Source: an uncultured Mycoplasmatota bacterium (lineage in GTDB: Bacteria > Bacillota_I > Bacilli_A > RF39 > UBA660). From it: a stretch of 64,000 bases of DNA. The translations under genes and the position numbers were made by a program. The stretch is taken from assembly GCA_946488855.1 (NCBI GenBank), contig CAMLWC010000001.1, positions 2,688 through 66,687 of the forward strand, in the 5' to 3' direction. This document shows positions 29,551 to 39,968 of the stretch, piece after piece. The first letter of the stretch is position 1. The number at the start of each line of letters is the position of its first letter. The notes below the pieces were generated by a model that ran no database searches, was not told the DNA's origin, and saw only the letters and a list, made by a program, of their open reading frames with translations.

Positions 29551-30193
29551 ATTTATATCCCATTCCTCTTACAGTTTGAATTAAATCTCGATAATCGCCT
29601 AAATTATTTCTTAGCATTTTAATATGTGTATCGATAGTCCTATCATCACCAAAAAAATCATAACCCCATATCTTTGATAATAATTCTTCTCTTGATAAAG
29701 CTACATTTTTATTGTTTATGAAATAAACCAATAAATCATATTCTTTAGGTGTTAATTTAACTTCTTCATCTTTAATATAAACAACATGTCCTTTAAAATC
29801 AACTTTTAAATCTTGATATATATATGTATCTGTTAAGTTATTAAATCTCTTTGTAACTGCTTTTATTCTAGCCATTAATTCTTTAGGACTAAATGGTTTA
29901 GTAACATAATCATCTACTCCCAAATTAAAGCCAATCAATTTATCATATTCTTCATTTCTTGCTGATAATATAATAGTTGGAATATTATATTTTTTAATTT
30001 CATTATAAGCAGTTAAGCCATCCATATTAGGCATCATTATATCTAGTATTACAATATCAATTTTATTATTTTTTATTATTTGTAGCGCTTGTTCACCATC
30101 AGATGCTTCTAAAATATCGTATCCCTCATTTAAACAATATTCTTTTATTAAAATTCTGATTCTTTCTTCATCATCAACAATTAAAACAGTCAT
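29537..30193 (-). CDS. OmpR-family response regulator
   Basis: Receiver motifs VLIVDDEE, ILDIMMP and D-K, plus a winged-helix C-terminus. Start placed at MTVLIVDDE behind AGAGGTGA. Confidence 0.85.
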   Translation of the reverse strand: MTVLIVDDEERIRILIKEYCLNEGYDILEASDGEQALQIIKNNKIDIVILDIMMPNMDGLTAYNEIKKYNIPTIILSARNEEYDKLIGFNLGVDDYVTKPFSPKELMARIKAVTKRFNNLTDTYIYQDLKVDFKGHVVYIKDEEVKLTPKEYDLLVYFINNKNVALSREELLSKIWGYDFFGDDRTIDTHIKMLRNNLGDYRDLIQTVRGMGYKFELK

Positions 30194-30264
30194 TAAATCA
30201 CCTCTATATTCATTATACACTAATAATGTGAAATATAAATGAAAAAAGATTTGAAAATTCAAAT

Positions 30265-30717
30265 CTATTTAGCTTTATTTAAGGCATCTTCTAGTGCTTT
30301 ATATAATGCATCAACCTTGATTGTGCAAGTACTCACAGCATCAGTATAACCATCTTCATCAACATGTAAGAAATCAATTCCTTGATTATCAATTACAGCT
30401 TGTTCTAATGCTTCAACTTGTTCAAACCATTCATAATCAGCTTGACCATAACTACTGTTGCCTTTTTTCATTCCATAATCTTTACCTAAAGTTTTTTTAG
30501 TTGTTTCTACTCCATCTTTTGTATAAGTAGTATCTAAATATACATCAGTAATTTTACCATTGTTATCAATAGTAACTTTGGCTGTAGCAGTATTTTCCTC
30601 ACCACCATAATTATCAATGGCACTACCTTCATATGTTCCTTCTTTTAAAGAATTAGATCCACATCCAGTAAGCATAACTGTGACTAATAATATACTTAAT
30701 AACTTCTTCATCTTCAT
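30265..30717 (-). CDS. FMN-binding domain lipoprotein
   Basis: LVTVMLTGCGS lipobox followed by an FMN-bind-like domain with Ser/Thr flavinylation context. Sits next to ApbE. Confidence 0.6.
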   Translation of the reverse strand: MKMKKLLSILLVTVMLTGCGSNSLKEGTYEGSAIDNYGGEENTATAKVTIDNNGKITDVYLDTTYTKDGVETTKKTLGKDYGMKKGNSSYGQADYEWFEQVEALEQAVIDNQGIDFLHVDEDGYTDAVSTCTIKVDALYKALEDALNKAK

Positions 30718-30746
30718 CCTCCTATTATCTTTATTATAATTAAAAT

Positions 30747-31250
30747 TTACTCAAATAACAATACTTCATCATAAAATTTGACTAATTGTTTACATATTAT
30801 ACCTACTAGTATTCCTGTAGGAATCGAAAACAATAATAACCATGGTAAATAATATACCATCGATGTCATCTGTAATAATATAATTGAAGTTATTACTTGT
30901 CCTGTACTATGAGCAATTGAACCTACTATACTTACTCCAATAATAGATAATTTGAAAACATTTTTAGATAAATACATACATATTATACTTAATAAAACTC
31001 CACTTAAACTAAAGAAAAAAGTAGTACTAAACAATCCAGTTCTTAAGATACCTACTAAAAATACTCTTAAAATACCTACATAAAAAGCATCTTTTAAATC
31101 AAATTTATATATTATAAATAATGTTACTATATTAGCTAAACCTAGTTTTAAACCTGGTATATAATCATTAAATAGAGGTAAACTTGCTTCTATTATATTT
31201 AAAGCAACAGATAATGCTAATAGCATAGATAATCTTGTAAATTTTTTCAT
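30747..31250 (-). CDS. Gx transporter family membrane protein (heptaprenyl diphosphate synthase component I-like)
   Basis: 167 aa, five TM segments, in the conserved position between NusG-II and the FMN-binding protein. Confidence 0.5.
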   Translation of the reverse strand: MKKFTRLSMLLALSVALNIIEASLPLFNDYIPGLKLGLANIVTLFIIYKFDLKDAFYVGILRVFLVGILRTGLFSTTFFFSLSGVLLSIICMYLSKNVFKLSIIGVSIVGSIAHSTGQVITSIILLQMTSMVYYLPWLLLFSIPTGILVGIICKQLVKFYDEVLLFE

Positions 31251-31610
31251 TTAACTCACCTCAGTATCTAATTCATTATTTGGTAATTCAATTATTATTT
31301 TATTTGGTAAACAAATAATAGATTCTCCACTTTTATCAATAAATCCTTGTTTAGAACATAAATGATAAGGACTATTTTCTTCAACTACTCTTATTTTATT
31401 ATTTAATACTTCAATAACAACTTTGCCATTATATCCTTCTACTTCATAAGTATTATTTATATTTAGATCTATTTTTAATATTAGATCATTTTCGTAATAA
31501 ACATTAGCAACATTAGCTTCTTTTCTAAGCAAAGATAAAGAAAATAATAAAATAACAATTAATAAAACAATAAATATTAATTTTATATCATTTTTATTCA
31601 TAATTATCAC
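31251..31610 (-). CDS. NusG domain II-containing (DUF1312) membrane-anchored protein
   Basis: 119 aa with an N-terminal TM segment and a beta-rich domain. Lies between ApbE and the Gx transporter as in the conserved cluster. Confidence 0.5.
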   Translation of the reverse strand: MIIMNKNDIKLIFIVLLIVILLFSLSLLRKEANVANVYYENDLILKIDLNINNTYEVEGYNGKVVIEVLNNKIRVVEENSPYHLCSKQGFIDKSGESIICLPNKIIIELPNNELDTEVS

Positions 31611-32514
31611 TTTTTATTATTTCATTATCATTAGTAAACCAAATAACTTTTACATCATAATTTTTAATAAATTCTTTTCCTTCATCAATATCCATTAAAA
31701 ATAATGTGGTAGATAATATATCACATAATCCACTATCTTCACCAATAACAGTTACGCTTTTCATATTATTTGCAGGATATAGTGTATTAGGATCTATTAT
31801 ATGATGATACATAACGCCATTATATTCATAAAATCTTTCATATCCGCCAGAAGTTACTACACTAATATTCTCATCTTGAACAATTTCAAATGTTTCATTA
31901 TTAATAGGGCTTGCTATACCAATATTATAATAACCTTTATTACTTTTTCCTGCTTTAACATTACCGCCTGCATTAATTAAATAATAATCTATTCCTATAC
32001 TTTCTAAATAATTTCCAGCTTTTTCAGTAACGTAGCCTTTAACTATAGATCCCAAATCAATAGTTACTTTATCATTTAATATTTTATTGTTTTCTATTTT
32101 TAATTTTTCAATTTTAACATTATCTAAATTGGGCAAATCAACTGGATTTTCTCTAAAATCATGCCATATTTTAGTTAAATTTCCAATGTTAATATTTAAT
32201 AATCCATCTGTTTTAAGGCTCCATTCATATCCTATTTTAATTAAATCGAACAATTCATTTGACATTTCATAATTAACATCTTTATTCAATTTAGATAATT
32301 CACTATTTTCATTATAAAAATTAGTCAAATTATCATATTTTTCATATAATTTTTCTATTTCATTAAAAGCTTCATTAGCTTTACTTTCACTTACATTATA
32401 TAATTTAATATTTATAATTGTATCCATATAAAATAAATTTTTACTATATTCTTGTTTACTACATCCACTTAATAATAATATTAAAATCAATAATATTTTC
32501 TTCATAATCATCAC
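31594..32514 (-). CDS. apbE: FAD:protein FMN transferase
   Basis: LLSGC lipoprotein signal. ApbE-family size, with the MDTIINIKLY start region and conserved Gly motifs. Confidence 0.75.
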   Translation of the reverse strand: MMIMKKILLILILLLSGCSKQEYSKNLFYMDTIINIKLYNVSESKANEAFNEIEKLYEKYDNLTNFYNENSELSKLNKDVNYEMSNELFDLIKIGYEWSLKTDGLLNINIGNLTKIWHDFRENPVDLPNLDNVKIEKLKIENNKILNDKVTIDLGSIVKGYVTEKAGNYLESIGIDYYLINAGGNVKAGKSNKGYYNIGIASPINNETFEIVQDENISVVTSGGYERFYEYNGVMYHHIIDPNTLYPANNMKSVTVIGEDSGLCDILSTTLFLMDIDEGKEFIKNYDVKVIWFTNDNEIIKSDNYE

Positions 32515-32571
32515 TACCTAATTATAACAAAAAAAGACAAAATTTTCTAGATAATTTCGTCTTTAATACTT

Positions 32572-33363
32572 TTAAATACCACCAGAGACTTGAATATTGT
32601 CATAATTTTTAATAAAAGTATAGTTTAACTTATTATTTTCAATAATTATTTTATACTCATTTATTGAATCAAAATTATTTTCTTTAATCGCTTCATCAAT
32701 TCCATAAATCATAATATAATTATTTTTAATTATAGTGAAGTTAAAAATGTCTTCATCATCACCATAATTAAATTTATTAGTAACATTTGAATTTTTTATT
32801 TGAACTACTTCAAGAGTGCTAGAACTATTAATAAAATTGCCTAATTCCAATCCATTTGAATTAAACACTTTTAAATAAGAATTAGTAGAACCACCAACAT
32901 AGTTATTAACAAAATAATAATAAGCAAATCCATTATCAATAGAGTAAAATTTTTCTTTATTCATCATATATGGTATATTTTTATTCTTAATAAATTCTTC
33001 TATAGAATCTTTTTTCAAAAGAAAATTATTTGAAAATGAATCTATTGTTTTACCATTGTACGTTAATTTAGTAATATATTCTACAACTATATCTTCATCA
33101 ACATTTCCAAAATTTTCATCAACATTTTCGTTTACATCAAAAATATATTGAATTGAAACTTTTTTATTGTCATCAATTTGGACAGTATCATCAATTTTTA
33201 ATTTTTTCAAATCTTCAATGTATTCTTCAGTAGTCTTATTTTCTTCTTCACTATCATTGTACCCTGGATTTTTATTATCTAGAGTATTAGTATTTATTGT
33301 ATTATTTTCTTCTTTTTTTCCTTCGGTATTATTTTTTATGACAACAAATATTATTATAATCAA
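32572..33363 (-). CDS. N/K-rich secreted or membrane-anchored hypothetical protein; N-terminus out of frame with its ATG/RBS
   Basis: The body ORF begins KIVKKNIIIATLIIVILIIIIFVV in frame 0 and is preceded by a stop. An ATG with a GGAGAAATAT RBS sits at 33415 in the +1 frame. The two are separated by an A9 run (33395-33403); A8 would fuse them. Confidence 0.5.
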   Translation of the reverse strand: MIIIIFVVIKNNTEGKKEENNTINTNTLDNKNPGYNDSEEENKTTEEYIEDLKKLKIDDTVQIDDNKKVSIQYIFDVNENVDENFGNVDEDIVVEYITKLTYNGKTIDSFSNNFLLKKDSIEEFIKNKNIPYMMNKEKFYSIDNGFAYYYFVNNYVGGSTNSYLKVFNSNGLELGNFINSSSTLEVVQIKNSNVTNKFNYGDDEDIFNFTIIKNNYIMIYGIDEAIKENNFDSINEYKIIIENNKLNYTFIKNYDNIQVSGGI

Positions 33364-33428
33364 TATTACTATAATTAAAGTTGCTATTATTATATTTTTT
33401 TTTACTATTTTTCATATATTTCTCCTTT

Positions 33429-34619
33429 TTAAATAATTTCATCTTTAATATTTTTATTGTTTAAAACTTTTACTAAATAATCAATTTCTTCTTTAGTATT
33501 ATAAAAATATAAACTTATTCTACATGTGTTTTTAATACCTAATTCATCTTTTAATATTTTGGCGCAATGATTACCTGCTCTTACACAAATATTATATTTA
33601 TTAAGATAAATAGCTAAATCTTGAGAAAATATATCTTTAATATTGAAAGTTATAATTCCACTTTCACTGTTTTCATTGTAAATAATAATATCTTTTACAT
33701 TTTTTAATTTATCAATAGCATATTTTTTTAATTCTAATTCATATTTAGAAATATTACCCATTCCAATTTTATTCAAATATTTAATGGCCTCACCTAAACC
33801 AATTACACCAGCTATATTAGGTGTTCCTGCTTCTAATAAAGATGGTAATTCGTTATAAACTCTAGTCCCATCAAATTGAAAGCTAGCGTTCATACCACCA
33901 CCAAATATAATTGGTTTAATATTATTTAATAATTCTTCTTTACCATATAAAACACCAACACCAGTAGGCCCTAACATTTTATGTGCAGAAAAAGCTAAAA
34001 AATCAATATCTAAATCTTGTACATCAATTTTAGTATGAGCAACACTTTGAGCTCCATCAATAACAACTAAAATTTTTTTACTATGAGCATATTCTATTAT
34101 TTCTTTAATAGGTCTAATATCTCCTACTACATTTGTAATATGAGCTATACTAATAACTTTAGTTTTAGAAGTAATACTATTTTTAACATTATCTAAAGTA
34201 ACTTCTAAATTTTTTAAAGGTATATAATTTACTTTTATTTTTAATTCATCTTGTAATTCAAACCATGGCAATATATTAGAAGCATGTTCACTTTTAGTAA
34301 TTAATACTTCATCATCTGGTTTTAGATAATTTTTAAAATAACCAAATATTATTTTATTTAATGAATCTGTGGCTCCACTTGTAAAGATAATTTCTTTATT
34401 TTTTTTAGCATTTATAAATTCTTTTACTAAAGTTCTAGTTCCTTCATATTTATTATCAACTTCTAGTGATAAATCATAATCACCACGATGCGCATTAGCA
34501 CTATAATTATTATAATAAAGAGACACACTATTAGCTATACACATTGGTTTTAAAGAAGTAGCTCCATTATCAAAATAAACAATATTTTTAGTTAATATAT
34601 TAAAATCTTCCCTATTCAT
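33429..34619 (-). CDS. sufS: cysteine desulfurase (SufS)
   Basis: PLP-Lys motif SAHKMLGPTGVGVLYGK and the active-site region. Length 396 aa. Confidence 0.85.
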   Translation of the reverse strand: MNREDFNILTKNIVYFDNGATSLKPMCIANSVSLYYNNYSANAHRGDYDLSLEVDNKYEGTRTLVKEFINAKKNKEIIFTSGATDSLNKIIFGYFKNYLKPDDEVLITKSEHASNILPWFELQDELKIKVNYIPLKNLEVTLDNVKNSITSKTKVISIAHITNVVGDIRPIKEIIEYAHSKKILVVIDGAQSVAHTKIDVQDLDIDFLAFSAHKMLGPTGVGVLYGKEELLNNIKPIIFGGGMNASFQFDGTRVYNELPSLLEAGTPNIAGVIGLGEAIKYLNKIGMGNISKYELELKKYAIDKLKNVKDIIIYNENSESGIITFNIKDIFSQDLAIYLNKYNICVRAGNHCAKILKDELGIKNTCRISLYFYNTKEEIDYLVKVLNNKNIKDEII

Positions 34620-34624
34620 TTATA

Positions 34625-35374
34625 TCACCTCCAATATTTTTTAAAATAATTTGCTAAATTTTTATTTATTTTATTTTTAATAAAACCTTCGATTAATAGT
34701 TTATTTGCTGTATTTTGATCAATACCTAATCTTTCCATATAAAATAATTCTTCATCTTTAAATGATCCTATTAAAGCGCTATGATTAGCAATAACATCAA
34801 CTTCATCTATTAATAAATTAGGCCTTATTAAACATTCTTTGTCTGTTAAATTGATTATTCTATTTTGTTGATTTACTATACAATTTTTATTGCCATTTGG
34901 AACATATGATGTAACTGTAAAAAATAAATTTCCACTAATATTAACACCATTTGTTATAATATTACTTTCTGTATTTTTACAATTATGATTAACAACAATA
35001 TCATATTTTTCTACATTTTTACATACAGTTTTTAAAATAAAATTTAATTTAGAATGTTCTCCATTTAAATTAAATATATTTCTTTCGTTAATATTGTCAC
35101 TAACACTTATTTCTGTAATATTTAAAATACTATTAGTATTTAATTTATATTTAGTTAATATTTTTACTTTTTCTTTTTTTATAATAATTAGATCTAATTT
35201 AACATTATCTAATAATTCGAATAAAACATCTAATTTTATTTCTTTATCTATTACCAATTCTAGTTTTGTATTTTTTTTAATTTTAATTTTTAATTTATTA
35301 ATAACGTCTTCTACATATGAATACTCAATATCATTCAAATCAAAATTATTATCAGACAATATTATTTTATTCAT
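34625..35374 (-). CDS. sufD: Fe-S cluster assembly protein, short SufD/SufB-family
   Basis: The C-terminus ANHSALIGSFKDEELFYMERLGI matches the SufBD signature. Only 249 aa. Confidence 0.6.
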   Translation of the reverse strand: MNKIILSDNNFDLNDIEYSYVEDVINKLKIKIKKNTKLELVIDKEIKLDVLFELLDNVKLDLIIIKKEKVKILTKYKLNTNSILNITEISVSDNINERNIFNLNGEHSKLNFILKTVCKNVEKYDIVVNHNCKNTESNIITNGVNISGNLFFTVTSYVPNGNKNCIVNQQNRIINLTDKECLIRPNLLIDEVDVIANHSALIGSFKDEELFYMERLGIDQNTANKLLIEGFIKNKINKNLANYFKKYWR

Positions 35375-36140
35375 TATTATTATTTTCCTTCATAACAAAA
35401 TCACTAGAATTTATAAAATTATATCCATTATTTTCTATTTCCTTAACTAAAGTTTTATCACCACTTTTAATAATATGACCATTTTTTAAAATATGGACAT
35501 AATCAGGTTTTATATAATCTAATAGTCTTTGATAATGGGTTATAACTATTAAACCTGGTTTAAATTCATCAAAATAATTCATAACGTTATTTCCTACTAT
35601 TTTTAAACTGTCAACATCTAAGCCAGAATCAATTTCATCTAAAATTACCATATTAGGTTTTAACATATACATTTGTAAAATTTCATTTTTCTTTCTCTCA
35701 CCACCAGAGAATCCCACATTAACACTTCTATGAATCATTTCTTTATCCATTTTTAGTTTTGAAACGTTATTTTCTAGTTTTTTAATAAAATCAAATAGTT
35801 TAAAATCATTACCTTCTTTTAAATGAACAGCTGTTCTTAGTAAATCAGCATTTGTTACTCCCTCAATTTCTAAAGGCATTTGCATACTTAAAAATAGACC
35901 TAGTCTAGCTCTTTCATCAGTAGTATATTCATTAATTACGATACCATCAAATTTGATAAAACCACTAACTATTTTATAATTAGAATCTCCCATTATAACT
36001 TTTGATAGTGTTGATTTACCAGTTCCATTTGGCCCCATAATAGCATGTATTTCTCCAGATTTAATTTCTAAATTAAAATCTTTTAAAATAATTTTATTTT
36101 CTATTTCAACTGTCAAATTTTCTATTTTTAATATATGCAT
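35367..36140 (-). CDS. sufC: Fe-S cluster assembly ATPase
   Basis: Walker A GPNGTGKSTL, SufC-type FSGGERKK and LDEIDSGLD. Start placed at MHILKIENL. Confidence 0.85.
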   Translation of the reverse strand: MHILKIENLTVEIENKIILKDFNLEIKSGEIHAIMGPNGTGKSTLSKVIMGDSNYKIVSGFIKFDGIVINEYTTDERARLGLFLSMQMPLEIEGVTNADLLRTAVHLKEGNDFKLFDFIKKLENNVSKLKMDKEMIHRSVNVGFSGGERKKNEILQMYMLKPNMVILDEIDSGLDVDSLKIVGNNVMNYFDEFKPGLIVITHYQRLLDYIKPDYVHILKNGHIIKSGDKTLVKEIENNGYNFINSSDFVMKENNNNE

Positions 36141-36250
36141 AAATATCACCAATATAATTATACACTAAAATTAATTATTTTTTAAGATAAACTGAATAAT
36201 TTTAGTAATAATTTATCAATATAATTATAGAATATTCGCAGATATTCACA

Positions 36251-36277
36251 AAATCTAGATAAACTAGATTTTTTTTG
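36251..36277. promoter_or_regulatory. perfect 8-bp inverted repeat (AAATCTAG-5-CTAGATTT) plus T6 in the divergent suf/hit intergenic region
   Basis: Palindrome read directly from the sequence. It abuts the -35 position of a TATAAT element upstream of hit. Confidence 0.4.
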
Positions 36278-36302
36278 ATATAATTATAATGGAGGTAATG
36301 AT

Positions 36303-36662
36303 ATGGATTGTTTATTTTGTAAAATTATTAATAATGAAATACCATCTTATAAAATATATGAAGATGATATAGTTTATGCTTTTTTAGATGTTAACCCAGA
36401 TAGTACAGGGCATACATTAATTGTACCTAAAAAGCATTATTCAGATTTAATGGATATTGATGAAGAAACTTTATCTCATATTTTTAAGATAACTAAAATA
36501 TTAAAATTAAGAATTGAAGAAAGATTAAATTGTGACGGATTAACTTTAATTCAAAATAATGGTGCAGTACAGGAAATAAAACATTTTCATTTACATTTAA
36601 AACCATTTTATAAAAATAAAAAAGATAAAACTTTAGAAGAAGTATATGAATTATTAAAATAA
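36303..36662 (+). CDS. HIT-family (histidine triad) hydrolase
   Basis: HTLIVPKKH and the HFHLHL histidine triad. Confidence 0.85.
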   Translation: MDCLFCKIINNEIPSYKIYEDDIVYAFLDVNPDSTGHTLIVPKKHYSDLMDIDEETLSHIFKITKILKLRIEERLNCDGLTLIQNNGAVQEIKHFHLHLKPFYKNKKDKTLEEVYELLK

Positions 36663-36663
36663 T

Positions 36664-37527
36664 TTATACTTCTTTTAATTTTATCTTTATTTCACGTGAA
36701 ACTAATGTTTCATATAATTTTTCAATTTCACTCTTTAAAATCATATCATTAGTTTCATATTCTAAAAAATCAGTAATTATAATTTCAATTAAATTTGGAG
36801 AACATGTTAATAAATATATAATATTTTCAATAGAATTGTTTTCAACAATTTCTAATATTTCATCTTCTAAGCCAAAAGTTAATTCTGGTTTAGTAATTTG
36901 AAGTACTTTTTTCCATTTATAAAAAACTTTTAACATCTCTAATAATAATTTAGAGAAACCATTTATATTCCCTATAAACATAACATCCATAATATTTAAA
37001 ATTTCATAAATTTTTTCTTCTTTTTTTAATTTATCTTTTTTTAAATAAATGTTTATAATATCATCTTTACTTCGATCTTTAAACATTTCATATTTTTCAA
37101 AGAAATAAAATTTATTAAATTTATATGATTTATCATCAGGTAATTGTAATAACATATTGGCTTGACCTTTTAAATTTAATCTTTTAAATTTAATTGATCC
37201 TAGTAAAATAGAGTTAATAACATTAGGATTTTCTTCTAATAAAAACATTAAATCATCAATATCTTCTACTTTTTCAAATAAATTTAAAAATTCTAATTCA
37301 TTTGCAGTTAAATTATTATAGTTCTTTTTATCTGTTAACAAACGATAACTATCTAAAAAAGATAATCCTATTATAGTTTTATAAAAATCATAATTTTCTA
37401 ATTTAATATTTTCTATTATTTCATACAACTTAATATTTTTATCTTTTTTAAATTTATCACTTAAAATGATATATGTATTATTTAATAATTCTCTTATTAC
37501 ATCGTTAAAATTATAAAAACTAACCAT
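36664..37527 (-). CDS. hypothetical protein
   Basis: 287-aa ORF with an RBS and no recognisable motif. Confidence 0.45.
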   Translation of the reverse strand: MVSFYNFNDVIRELLNNTYIILSDKFKKDKNIKLYEIIENIKLENYDFYKTIIGLSFLDSYRLLTDKKNYNNLTANELEFLNLFEKVEDIDDLMFLLEENPNVINSILLGSIKFKRLNLKGQANMLLQLPDDKSYKFNKFYFFEKYEMFKDRSKDDIINIYLKKDKLKKEEKIYEILNIMDVMFIGNINGFSKLLLEMLKVFYKWKKVLQITKPELTFGLEDEILEIVENNSIENIIYLLTCSPNLIEIIITDFLEYETNDMILKSEIEKLYETLVSREIKIKLKEV

Positions 37528-37537
37528 ACTACCACTC

Positions 37538-39661
37538 CTATTTTAAAGCTTCTTTACGAGATAAATTAAGTCTACCTTTCTTATCATATCCTAAAGATTT
37601 AACAATTATTTCATCGCCTACTTTAACAACATCACTTGGTTTTTCAACTCTTTCTTTAGCCAAATGTGAAACGTGAACTAATCCTTCAACTCCTGGCCAA
37701 AGTTCAACAAAGCAACCAAAATCTTCTACTTTTACAACTTTGCCAGTATATATTTTACCAGTTTCTACCTCTTTAACTACATCTTTTATCATATTAGCTG
37801 TTTTTTCAATTATATCTTTATCAGTATGATAAATGATTACTCTACCATCATCTTCTAAATCAACTTTAACAGCATTAATATCTGTTACAGCATTTACATT
37901 ACTAGCTTCTAAAATAATTTTAGTAATCATTTCTCCACCTTTACCAATTACATCTTTTATTTTGTTTGGATCAATAGTAAAAGTCATCATCTTAGGAGCA
38001 TATTTGCTTACTTCTTTACGAGGTTCTTTAATTTGTTTAGCAATTACATCTAATATTTCTAATCTTGCTTTATGGGCTTGTGCTAAAGCTTCTTTTAGAA
38101 TTTCTTTAGTTATACCTTTAATTTTAATATCCATTTGTAATGCACAGATACCATTTTTAGTACCAGCTACTTTAAAATCCATATCACCTAAATGATCTTC
38201 TAATCCTTGAATATCGGTTAAAATAGTATAATCTTCACCACTTGTAATTAATCCCATGGCAATACCTGCTACTGGAGCTTTTATAGGAACTCCTGCTGCC
38301 ATTAAACTCATACATCCTGCACAAATACTTGCTTGACTACTACTACCATTAGATTCTAATATTTCAGATACAACTCTTATTGTATAAGGAAATTCTTCTT
38401 CAGAAGGTATTACTTGTAATAAAGCTCTCTCACCTAAAGCACCATGACCAATTTCTCTTCTACCTGGAGCACCATATCTTCCAGTTTCACCTACAGAAAA
38501 TTGAGGAAAATTGTAATGTAATATAAATCTTTTAGAATCTTCTATCCCTAAGCCATCTAATATTTGATGTTCACCTAAAGCACCTAAAGTAGTTACAGAT
38601 AAACTTTGAGTTTCTCCTCTTGTAAATAATGCTGAACCATGCGTTCTAGGTAATAAATCAATAGCAGTAGATAAAGGTCTTATTTCGGTCATCTTTCTAC
38701 CATCAGCTCTTATCTTTTCTTTAACTACAATATTTCTAAACACATCATATTTAACTTGTTCAAATATATTAGCAACTTTTGTTAATAATTCTTTTAATTC
38801 ATCTTCTTTTAATGATTCATCAGTATATTTTTCTAATAATTTTTCTTTTATTTCATCTAATTTAGCGTATTTTTCTAATTTTTCTTTAATTCTTAGAGCT
38901 TTATCGATATCATCTTTAATTAAATTAGTTACTTCATTAGTTAATTCTAAAGATATTTCTAATTTTGGATAATCATATTTTTCTACACCAATTTCAGCAA
39001 TAATTTTTTCTTGAAATTCAATTAATTCTTTAATTGCTTCGTGGCCAAACATAAGTGCTTCTAACATATCTTCTTCACTAACTTCTTTTGCTCCTGCTTC
39101 AACCATATTAATAGCTTCTTTAGTACCAGATACAGTTAAATCAATATCTGATTTTTCAGTTTCTTCAACAGATGGATTAATAATAAATTTACCATCCACT
39201 CTTCCTACTTTAACACCAGCTACTGGGCCATTAAATGGTACTTGACTTATACAAGTAGCTAAAGATGAACCAAATAAAGCTGTTATTTCTGGACTATTAT
39301 CTTGATCAACTGATAAAACTGTATTTACTATTTGAACTTCGTTTTTAAAATCTTCTGGGAATAATGGTCTCATTGGTCTATCTATCATACGAGCAGCTAA
39401 AGTTGCATTTTCAGTAGGTCTTCCTTCTCTTTTAATAAATCCACCCGGAATTTTACCAACTGAATATAGTTTTTCATTATATAATACCATTAAAGGAAAG
39501 AAATCAGCTAATAAGTTAACATTTTTTGACATTACAACAGTTGATAAAACAACTGTGTCTCCATATCTTACTAATATAGATCCATGTGCTTGTTTAGCAA
39601 GTTCACCATTTTCAACTATTATTTTTCTTCCTCTAAAATCTAATTCAAATGTTTTTTTCAT
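37538..39661 (-). CDS. pnp: polynucleotide phosphorylase
   Basis: Two RNase PH domains followed by KH and S1 domains ([15 protein letters not shown]). Start placed at MKKTFELDF behind GGGAGGATTT. Confidence 0.95.
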   Translation of the reverse strand: MKKTFELDFRGRKIIVENGELAKQAHGSILVRYGDTVVLSTVVMSKNVNLLADFFPLMVLYNEKLYSVGKIPGGFIKREGRPTENATLAARMIDRPMRPLFPEDFKNEVQIVNTVLSVDQDNSPEITALFGSSLATCISQVPFNGPVAGVKVGRVDGKFIINPSVEETEKSDIDLTVSGTKEAINMVEAGAKEVSEEDMLEALMFGHEAIKELIEFQEKIIAEIGVEKYDYPKLEISLELTNEVTNLIKDDIDKALRIKEKLEKYAKLDEIKEKLLEKYTDESLKEDELKELLTKVANIFEQVKYDVFRNIVVKEKIRADGRKMTEIRPLSTAIDLLPRTHGSALFTRGETQSLSVTTLGALGEHQILDGLGIEDSKRFILHYNFPQFSVGETGRYGAPGRREIGHGALGERALLQVIPSEEEFPYTIRVVSEILESNGSSSQASICAGCMSLMAAGVPIKAPVAGIAMGLITSGEDYTILTDIQGLEDHLGDMDFKVAGTKNGICALQMDIKIKGITKEILKEALAQAHKARLEILDVIAKQIKEPRKEVSKYAPKMMTFTIDPNKIKDVIGKGGEMITKIILEASNVNAVTDINAVKVDLEDDGRVIIYHTDKDIIEKTANMIKDVVKEVETGKIYTGKVVKVEDFGCFVELWPGVEGLVHVSHLAKERVEKPSDVVKVGDEIIVKSLGYDKKGRLNLSRKEALK

Positions 39662-39698
39662 AAATCCTCCCATAATAAAAGGCACTTAAAAAGAGTGC

Positions 39699-39968
39699 CT
39701 ACTTTCTTAAATTTAATTCTTTAATTACTTTTCTGTATCTTGTTACATCATGTTTTAATAAGTAATTTAATAAACTTCTTCTTTGACCTACTTTTTTAAG
39801 TAAACCACGTCTTGAATGAAAATCGTGAGTGTGTTCTTTTAAATGTTCAGTTAAAGTGTTTATTTCATCAGTTAAGATAGCGATTTGAACTTCAACACTA
39901 CCAGTATCTTGGTCATTTTTACCAAATTTCTTAACTAATTCTGCTTTTCTTTCTTTAGTTAAAGCCAT
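39699..39968 (-). CDS. rpsO: 30S ribosomal protein S15
   Basis: 89 aa with conserved GSVEVQIA and [10 protein letters not shown] segments. Confidence 0.95.
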   Translation of the reverse strand: MALTKERKAELVKKFGKNDQDTGSVEVQIAILTDEINTLTEHLKEHTHDFHSRRGLLKKVGQRRSLLNYLLKHDVTRYRKVIKELNLRK

